DNA from: Candidatus Hodarchaeota archaeon | GTDB lineage: Archaea; Asgardarchaeota; Heimdallarchaeia; Hodarchaeales; Hodarchaeaceae | Direction: 5' to 3' | NCBI GenBank assembly: GCA_016840035.1 | Contig: JAEOTC010000083.1 | Span: 1-23,496, forward strand | Length of the DNA stretch: 23,496 nt | In this document: positions 17,204-23,496 of the stretch, one piece after another | How the letters are laid out: each line of letters begins with the position of its first letter | Position numbering within the stretch: position 1 is the stretch's first letter | Notes under the pieces: generated by a model | Told to the model about the DNA's origin: nothing | Databases searched by the model: none | The model's input: the letters and a program-made list of their open reading frames with translations, nothing else | Position numbers and translations under genes: made by a program

Positions 17204-17246
17204 GCCAATCTCTTCGTAAGAAACGATTGGCACTATAAATGCCAAT
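17204..17246. promoter_or_regulatory. Triple GCCAAT dyad element enclosing a TATA-like box upstream of the AbrB/ACT gene
   Basis: GCCAATC 17204-17210 pairs with GATTGGC 17225-17231. ATTGGCA 17226-17232 pairs with TGCCAAT 17240-17246, with CTATAAA between them. Confidence 0.45.
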
Positions 17247-17309
17247 ATTACTTTCGAACATCAAAATACTCCCAAATAAAAATAATGTATGCGGAGGCAT
17301 AAATTTAGA

Positions 17310-17732
17310 ATGTCTGCAGTCACAATAGCAAAAATGATCCAACTACAAGAATCCAAACCCATATCACTACCCGCAGATTTCCTGGAAACATTGCGACCGA
17401 AAGATGTGGAGGAAAGCTCAGCAGTAATGATCCTAGCCCCTTCAACTAAGATTATCCGGATAATTCCAACAAAAAGTCCGGAAGTGGTAAAAGTTGCCAT
17501 TGAGATCGGTGAACTATCACCTGATTTTCTACAAGAACTGGGCGTAGTGTTCATGCGTAGTAAGATCAAGACGTTATATAGTACAGGTTTGTGTTTCACA
17601 CAGGATTCGTGTACTTACGAGGGTTACCTCGATTCTAGCGACTTGACTATTTCACGAGACCAACTCCAGGACGAATTAAAGGAAATCAAGGGTGTAAGCA
17701 AGGTCGATATCACGACTTTGACCGCAGCTTAA
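17310..17732 (+). CDS. Putative regulator: AbrB/MazE-like N-terminal domain plus ACT-like C-terminal domain
   Basis: N-terminal MIQLQESKPISLPADFLETL fits the swapped-hairpin xxxGxIxLPxExRxxL pattern. The C-terminus is a beta-alpha-beta-beta-alpha-beta unit ending LKEIKGVSKVDI (ACT-like). Start moved to ATG 17310 because GGAGG lies at 17293-17297. Confidence 0.6.
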   Translation: MSAVTIAKMIQLQESKPISLPADFLETLRPKDVEESSAVMILAPSTKIIRIIPTKSPEVVKVAIEIGELSPDFLQELGVVFMRSKIKTLYSTGLCFTQDSCTYEGYLDSSDLTISRDQLQDELKEIKGVSKVDITTLTAA

Positions 17733-17772
17733 TTCCCTGTTCGTCCTTCCTCTTTTTACACTTTCATTTATC
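17733..17772 (+). terminator. Pyrimidine/T-rich archaeal-type terminator
   Basis: TTCCCTGTTCGTCCTTCCTCTTTTTACACTTTCATTT directly after the stop codon. Confidence 0.4.
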
Positions 17773-17934
17773 TATCAATATTTCTCGGGTTCTCAGTGTA
17801 ACCTATACTTCTGAACCTCTTTGTAGTAACAAATTGTTTTAATTATCCAACTTTTACCAAGGTCACCCTAGTATAGCAAGCACAAACGCAAAAGCTGGTT
17901 TCGTATTACATCTTACTAGCAATGGTGATTACAA

Positions 17935-18801
17935 TTGGAGGATTTGATAGATTTACTCCAAAACTTGGTCGATTTAATTACCCCTATATTGGTAATATTT
18001 TGTATATCAGTACTTATTTGGTTTGGGGGGATTTTCCTCAAAACTCTAATTAGTAAACTTCCAAGAATTCCACTTGAGGGAAAAAATGCCCTAAACCTTG
18101 TAACAAGTATATCCCAATTGTTTTTGTTCACATATCTAACATTCATTATCCTAGGAGCCAGTCAAGAAGTCATCTTGGGATTTTCTGCGATTCTAGCAAC
18201 CGTAATTGGATTTGCATCAACTTCTATCGCAACAAATTTATATGGAGGACTCTATTTAATTATTACACGACCATTTCGTGTGGGAGATTTAATTCAAGCA
18301 CAAGAAGCGATCGGAATAGTCGAGGAGATTGGTTTAACTTTTACTAAAATTATAAAATTGGACAAGACGATTGTAATAATACCCAATAGTAATTTGTTGA
18401 ATGTTTCATTATTAAATTATAGTATACAATTACCCCCCGATCAAGAAAAAGTGGAAGGAGGATTAAACGCTCTAGATGCAATTAAAGTTCTTTCTACTGA
18501 ATTATATATTGATTCTCGCTATATTCAGTTTAGACGAATATTACAACTACAACTTACTGCAGTAACTCCTCCAATATCTGTTACTAAAGTCAATAAACGT
18601 CTAACAAAAGTATGTGAAAAATTTACGCCCATTTTTGGACAAGAACCAAGCTATTATTTTGGAAAGAGTGATTATCGCCAAAATACATACCTTTTAATTA
18701 CAGCACCGGATGCATATACCATTTTCAATACTTGGCCTTATTTGATGGAATCGATTATGGAAACGGTATTTGCTGAACTCCAGGAGGGATCTGAAGAATG
18801 A
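17935..18801 (+). CDS. mscS: MscS-family mechanosensitive channel, paralog 1
   Basis: Three TM segments, then IGFAS..IATNLYGGLYLIITRPFRVGDLI....GIVEEIGLTFTKI......IIPNS. TTG start with SD GGTGA. Confidence 0.88.
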   Translation: MEDLIDLLQNLVDLITPILVIFCISVLIWFGGIFLKTLISKLPRIPLEGKNALNLVTSISQLFLFTYLTFIILGASQEVILGFSAILATVIGFASTSIATNLYGGLYLIITRPFRVGDLIQAQEAIGIVEEIGLTFTKIIKLDKTIVIIPNSNLLNVSLLNYSIQLPPDQEKVEGGLNALDAIKVLSTELYIDSRYIQFRRILQLQLTAVTPPISVTKVNKRLTKVCEKFTPIFGQEPSYYFGKSDYRQNTYLLITAPDAYTIFNTWPYLMESIMETVFAELQEGSEE

Positions 18802-19640
18802 TTAGCGAAACTTTCATTGACTCTATCCCCTCAGAAATCAAACTATTGCTTTTAATTTCCATTATTACGATTCTTCTTGTAGTTAATTGGATTACTCAAA
18901 TGATTTTATCATCACAGATCCTTAGAAATCGTGGAATTCCGCTTGATATTGTGAATTTGATCAAGGTTCTGTGGAAGCTTATCACAGCATTGCTTATCCT
19001 TTATTCTATAATGATCCTTTATGGTCTTTCAGTGGAAGGAATTATTGGTGTCTCGGCATTTTTAGGGGCTATTGTATCTTTTGGTTCAACTCAAATGCTT
19101 AGTAATCTTTTTGTAGGAGTCTATATTGTTTTTGTAAGACCCTTTAGAGTTGATGACTTTATTGCTATTGGGAATGAGGTACGGGGCCAGGTTGTAGAAA
19201 TTTCATTAAACTATACAAAGATTAGAACAGTGTATAATATTTACCACTATATTCCGAATAAAATTTTCATGACGTCGAATATTACTATATACAAGCAGAA
19301 AATTAAACGAAGGATAAGTGATACAGAAGCTCTGGCTTTACAGGCGAGAAAATCTAGAATACGACGGATAAGGACCTTTGCCCTTCAATTAATCGAAGAA
19401 GAAGTGGTAAGATATACATTTATCTGGGGTGCTCCATATGGAGACTTAAAATCGACAAAAGACAAAATCCAAGAAATATGCGATATTTATTCCGGAGTTT
19501 TTGGTTATAAACCTGAATTCTTTCTTTATTCGCTAGATTATCGAATGCAGTTCAAAATGATAATTACCACTCATAGCACTGAATTATTGATGAGTAATAT
19601 CTTGAACTTTAGGAATGATATTGTTGCACAATTCCATTAA
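18798..19640 (+). CDS. mscS: MscS-family mechanosensitive channel, paralog 2
   Basis: Three TM segments, then SFGSTQMLSNLFVGVYIVFVRPFRVDDFI.....GQVVEISLNYTKIRT....YIPN. ATGA overlap with paralog 1. Confidence 0.88.
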   Translation: MISETFIDSIPSEIKLLLLISIITILLVVNWITQMILSSQILRNRGIPLDIVNLIKVLWKLITALLILYSIMILYGLSVEGIIGVSAFLGAIVSFGSTQMLSNLFVGVYIVFVRPFRVDDFIAIGNEVRGQVVEISLNYTKIRTVYNIYHYIPNKIFMTSNITIYKQKIKRRISDTEALALQARKSRIRRIRTFALQLIEEEVVRYTFIWGAPYGDLKSTKDKIQEICDIYSGVFGYKPEFFLYSLDYRMQFKMIITTHSTELLMSNILNFRNDIVAQFH

Positions 19641-20533
19641 CTTTCAGAAAGAATATGGGGAGCTAATAGATCTCGCACCTGTCTTCCTGATTTTTTTGAA
19701 TTCCATTTCAGAAGATCCATATGAGTAGCACCTGGAACTGTAAGATTTTTAGCATGCTTTAATGGAACACTCGCTGCATCTACCACCCCATCATTTGGAA
19801 TTAACCCAATATGTATAAATGGAAATTTTCGTGTGATAGAAATTTTTCTAAAAAGAAAAGGTTGCCAAACAGCTTCTAAAAGACCAGAAGAGTTTAATCC
19901 CCTTACAGTGTACCATTTTATCCTTTTTTCTTCCTCTGTTAAACGTTTGCTAAGATTTTTGAGGAACTTGGAGTTTGGTACCATTTGAATAAACTGGGAT
20001 TTTAGAATCTGCCAGTCATTCATACTGATACCGCCACGTGGTAATTCTAAGGCCAGATTCAATCCAGTGAGTATAATGTCTGTTGGAATATTTATTACAC
20101 GTTGAGCGAGTCTTGTTCCGCGATTCGGTGTACCCAATAAGAAGACTCGTGATACTTGGAAATTCATCTTTCTTTTGGGGAGTAAGAATTTAACCAGGGC
20201 ACGCGTAACCAATCCTCCCATAGAATGCGCAAAAATATCAACACAAACAGTTTCTTTTTGGTTCTGGATAACTGAATTAATTAAGTTAAGAAAATTCGAT
20301 GATAATGTCTGTTCAGTATCTGGATCATAGATTGGTGTCTTTAAATCATACGTACGGCTGAAATCCAACCCGTATTTTGAATCATAGTAGGATACGTTGA
20401 GGACTTCATTATAAATTTCCGCAAAAGAAGAATCTGATAAATATTGTTCGATTTCTTTCATGAAACCAGTTTTTCCAGCAAACCCATGAACTAAAATTGC
20501 TATACGGTGACGATTTTTACGGACATCACTCAT
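19637..20533 (-). CDS. Alpha/beta hydrolase (lipase/PGAP1-like)
   Basis: Oxyanion LVHGF, nucleophile elbow AHSMGG, LGTPNRGT, NDGVV, catalytic His in ATHMDL. Confidence 0.9.
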   Translation of the reverse strand: MSDVRKNRHRIAILVHGFAGKTGFMKEIEQYLSDSSFAEIYNEVLNVSYYDSKYGLDFSRTYDLKTPIYDPDTEQTLSSNFLNLINSVIQNQKETVCVDIFAHSMGGLVTRALVKFLLPKRKMNFQVSRVFLLGTPNRGTRLAQRVINIPTDIILTGLNLALELPRGGISMNDWQILKSQFIQMVPNSKFLKNLSKRLTEEEKRIKWYTVRGLNSSGLLEAVWQPFLFRKISITRKFPFIHIGLIPNDGVVDAASVPLKHAKNLTVPGATHMDLLKWNSKKSGRQVRDLLAPHILSES

Positions 20534-20646
20534 AACGTAAATTAAATTTCCTTAGAATTTAAGTTTGTCGGGATGAAAGGAATAGCACAAGACTCATCCA
20601 ATTAATAAAAAATTGTAAGAGAAAGGATTCTTATTCCTGGATATCC

Positions 20647-21324
20647 TTATTCATCTTCCACAGGAGTAAATAACTGCCAGTCACTCATCTTGAAATTGAG
20701 GATCATATCTTCTCCATTTGGACATTCTACACGTAAGACTAGTTGTTTTTTGCTCTTCAATACAACTTCAGGATGAAGGCATCCTTCTCGTAACTTCTCT
20801 AACAAAAAACGTACATAAGAATCTGAAATAGCAGTTAACGACCCATTCTGTAAATTCTCTGCCACCTGACCTGGGAAGATTTGTACTGTTCGTCCACTTC
20901 TTTTAGTTTCGATTAACCCCACATCTTCTAGACGGGTGAGATGATATCGAACTGTATCGTGATGGACCGATGGTTTGATTCCCTGAGCTATTTGACTCTG
21001 GAAGGATCCAGGATGATTTAGGACGTATGTGAAGATTTTACTAGCAGTAGGAGGACGTAAAACTGTAAAAATTCTTTCAGCTTCTGCTGATCGGAGGCCC
21101 GCTGGGTAATAAACTCGTTTTCCTGCATATTTTATAGATTTAATTAGCGAGTCTTCTTCAAGTCGTTTTAAATGCCAGTTAAGCGTGCCCTGAGGTAATT
21201 CAAGAAATTTCGCTAAATCAAAAAAGTATGACCCAGGATTTTCTGCCAAAATTGAGTAAATTTTCCGGCGTACAGGATGTAATAATAAACTTAGATTCTC
21301 ACCATCATCAGAAACGAAAGCCAT
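20647..21324 (-). CDS. Double winged-HTH transcriptional regulator (ArsR-like tandem wHTH)
   Basis: Two repeats, RRKIYSILAENPG..F..L....GTLNWHLKRLE..LI and KIFTYVLNHPG..QSQIA....TVRYHLTRLE..GLI. Confidence 0.85.
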   Translation of the reverse strand: MAFVSDDGENLSLLLHPVRRKIYSILAENPGSYFFDLAKFLELPQGTLNWHLKRLEEDSLIKSIKYAGKRVYYPAGLRSAEAERIFTVLRPPTASKIFTYVLNHPGSFQSQIAQGIKPSVHHDTVRYHLTRLEDVGLIETKRSGRTVQIFPGQVAENLQNGSLTAISDSYVRFLLEKLREGCLHPEVVLKSKKQLVLRVECPNGEDMILNFKMSDWQLFTPVEDE

Positions 21325-21455
21325 ACGGGAATCATACTCTTAGCGGATTATAATAATGATTAATATGCACAGAAGATTGTTCTTTAATTAATGTTGTTTT
21401 TATCCTATTAATTAGTATTTTTCGTTTTCACTGATTCACCTAGGACAAGTAGCAA

Positions 21456-22718
21456 ATGGCATCCCGCTTTGACTCGAAAAGTTATGTACTAAACCAATTC
21501 AATGCTCTTGCTAGTAAATATTTCCCACATGAGTATATGCGCGTGAATAGTGGAAAGAAAGGGTTTCGTTTGAGTGATGGTACAAACAATCTGATTGAAA
21601 AAGCTAAAGATGTTGTTTCTCAAGCAGAAAACAACCGTGAAATAATACCACAATCAACAGCGAGAATTTACAAGTATGGTGTCGTATTTCAGCAAATATT
21701 TGATGATTTAGGAAAATATCAAACAATGACTTCGATAAAATCACGTTCAAGAAGAGGGTATCGCAAGGAAATGGAGTTTCTTGGATTTGATTTAAAGAAG
21801 ATCGAATTAGAATTAAAAAAAAGTTCCAATCCTTCTGTGAAAATTCAAAAAGATGAAAAACTTGTACGAGATATAAAAAAACAGTATCTCCAGCTACTCC
21901 AAGAAGATGAATTTGAGAAGTTGAAGTCTGATATTTCTCACAAGAGTACCTTATTCATTCTGGAGGACTCTGTTGGATACAAGTTTTTTGATACTCAAAC
22001 TCGAAATATTACTTCAATAACTCGAAAGTTAACTCAATTAAACCAATTAAAAGCTGAAAAAGAAAGACTTCTTAGTTCCCAAGAATCTCTTGAAACACAA
22101 ATCACTGAATTAACTCCTTTGATACCCAAGTATGAAGGAATTATCCGTGCTCAGAAAAACGGAATGGGAGTGTATGAGAGAACTGATAGAAAAGAAGCCC
22201 TTCTTACTGATTCAGAAATTTCTCTCTTTCTCAAAATATTGACTACATCTCTAGAACGGTATATTAAGATGATAGAAAGACGAGAAAAGCAACGATTAGA
22301 ACAAAGAGAACAGTTTCTAAGACTAATTCTTGAACCTACAAAATTTGAGGGTTTAGATGAGGGTTTGTGGAAGCAGATTGTCTTCATTATAGAATCACAT
22401 GGAATTGAATTACTACAAGGGAAAAATTGGTTTAATTTTCAGTTTCCAGATGAATTAAGAGCCTATATTACCGATAAAAACGTGCTGAGTAAATTTGCAG
22501 AATTGAGAGTTCTTGAGAAGGAACTGGATGAAATTGATAAGCAGTTACACGAAATTCCGTCTTTCCGCGAAGCGATGAGTCTTATTAATAACCTTGAAAC
22601 TATGAAAAATTCACTTACAGAATCTCAAGAAAGGGTAAATGAGTTAAAAACGGAAATTCTTGATTTAACTGACTCAATTGCTGAAGAAAGGCAAAATTAT
22701 CTTCAATCTCTCAGTTAA
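21456..22718 (+). CDS. Hypothetical coiled-coil protein
   Basis: 420 aa, E/K/L-rich heptad segments at ~aa 185-235 and ~345-418 flanking a central, more aromatic region. Confidence 0.7.
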   Translation: MASRFDSKSYVLNQFNALASKYFPHEYMRVNSGKKGFRLSDGTNNLIEKAKDVVSQAENNREIIPQSTARIYKYGVVFQQIFDDLGKYQTMTSIKSRSRRGYRKEMEFLGFDLKKIELELKKSSNPSVKIQKDEKLVRDIKKQYLQLLQEDEFEKLKSDISHKSTLFILEDSVGYKFFDTQTRNITSITRKLTQLNQLKAEKERLLSSQESLETQITELTPLIPKYEGIIRAQKNGMGVYERTDRKEALLTDSEISLFLKILTTSLERYIKMIERREKQRLEQREQFLRLILEPTKFEGLDEGLWKQIVFIIESHGIELLQGKNWFNFQFPDELRAYITDKNVLSKFAELRVLEKELDEIDKQLHEIPSFREAMSLINNLETMKNSLTESQERVNELKTEILDLTDSIAEERQNYLQSLS

Positions 22719-23491
22719 ATTGCCTCGAGAACTTCAAGTAAAACTTCCGCTGCGGTTGCTTTTCTTACTCTTTGGTCACTTAAACTTGCGATTTTTTGTT
22801 TTGCTTCCTCCTGATTGTGGCCTTCAATATCTAATCGCACCTTTAAACTTTCGACCTTGGTTTCTAATACCCTAACTTCTTTTTGAAGGTCAACTAACCA
22901 TCGACGTACTTTTCTTTCTTCAGTGGCTTTTTTACGTTGAGTGGTTGCTAATCCAGATGAATACTCATCTTTCAATGAGTCATATACCGCTTGTGACACT
23001 TCACCAGCCCGGTTTTTCTCCTCAATCTTTTCTAACCGCTCTGACCATTTATTTTCTGATTCAATTAGCTTTTCAATTTCCAGAGGTTCAGGGTTCAGGG
23101 AATCCTTTTCCTTTTGAAGGGAATTGATCTTCTCTTGGAGTTTTTCTGTTTGGCTAGCTGATTCTGTATCAGTTATTAACCCGATTTCAAGTTTCTTCCC
23201 CAGTTCATCAATATCCTTAAGTAAAGTTTTCATTTCAGTGTTTATTTGCTTCTTCCTTTTTCGTGCGTACAGCGAATCTATAATAGAGGAAGGAATTTTC
23301 TCAATAACATCTTCTTGAACGGGGCGAATGGGTTCGGGTGAGGATGCATGAGTTCTCTGAGTTTGTCGTGCAGTAGGAGGAGTTCTTAATTCATTTTGCC
23401 CTCTTCTAATAGGGCTTCCACAGAAACGACAAAATCGTGCTGTAACACTGATTTCTTTACCGCAGTTTGCACAATAAGTGGTTTGTGACAT
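22715..23491 (-). CDS. Zinc-ribbon protein with CdvA-like coiled-coil domain
   Basis: CANC-x10-CRFC zinc ribbon, Pro/Thr/Gln linker, coiled coils with two helical-hairpin motifs (ELGKKLEIGLIT; LEKIEEKNRAGEVSQAVYDSLKDEY). Confidence 0.65.
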   Translation of the reverse strand: MSQTTYCANCGKEISVTARFCRFCGSPIRRGQNELRTPPTARQTQRTHASSPEPIRPVQEDVIEKIPSSIIDSLYARKRKKQINTEMKTLLKDIDELGKKLEIGLITDTESASQTEKLQEKINSLQKEKDSLNPEPLEIEKLIESENKWSERLEKIEEKNRAGEVSQAVYDSLKDEYSSGLATTQRKKATEERKVRRWLVDLQKEVRVLETKVESLKVRLDIEGHNQEEAKQKIASLSDQRVRKATAAEVLLEVLEAI

Positions 23492-23496
23492 ATTAC

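Noticed and set aside
17204-17246. GCCAAT copies as eukaryotic CCAAT/NF-I boxes or as CRISPR repeats
   Set aside because: Spacing differs from the NF-I site (N5), no such factor is evident, and the repeats are far too short and few for CRISPR.
16835-17599. Minus-strand ORFs 16835-17050, 16963-17208, 17148-17342 and 17261-17599
   Set aside because: Mutually overlapping, Phe/Ile-rich products of A-rich intergenic DNA or antisense to the AbrB/ACT gene, with no motifs.
17916-18146. 76 aa minus-strand ORF
   Set aside because: Antisense to MscS paralog 1.
21456-22718. Calling the coiled-coil protein SMC/Rad50
   Set aside because: No Walker A/B, signature motif or CxxC hook, and it is too short.
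22151-23318. ORFs 22151-22387(-), 22678-22875(+), 22945-23127(+) and 23124-23318(+)
   Set aside because: Antisense or overlapping shadows of the two coiled-coil genes.

Overview
AT-rich archaeal chromosomal segment, most likely from an Asgard archaeon (plausibly Heimdallarchaeia/Hodarchaeales). This is inferred from archaeal replication genes occurring together with Arf-type small GTPases and other eukaryote-signature-like proteins. The left half has an alpha-SNAP-like helical protein convergent with an Arf-family GTPase. It is followed by a co-oriented cluster HDAC/AcuC - cdc6/orc1 - (400 bp gap) - gins23 - mcm - hel308, where mcm carries a 460-aa LAGLIDADG intein with an internal XRE-like HTH. 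The middle has a GNAT, an SIS-domain sugar-phosphate isomerase/deaminase, endonuclease III, a Sat-like GNAT and a small HEAT protein. The best candidate for an undescribed system is a two-gene minus-strand operon (14890-16535): a Gln-less Arf/SR-beta-like small GTPase plus a GAP1/DENN-like protein fused to a Spt5/NusG-type KOW domain. The right part has a ~770 bp intergenic region with dyad elements ahead of an AbrB-like/ACT regulator, two tandem MscS paralogs, an alpha/beta hydrolase, a double winged-helix regulator, a coiled-coil protein and a zinc-ribbon/CdvA-like coiled-coil protein. No rRNA, tRNA, CRISPR array or IS element was recognised. All domain calls come from motif recognition by eye; no searches were run.
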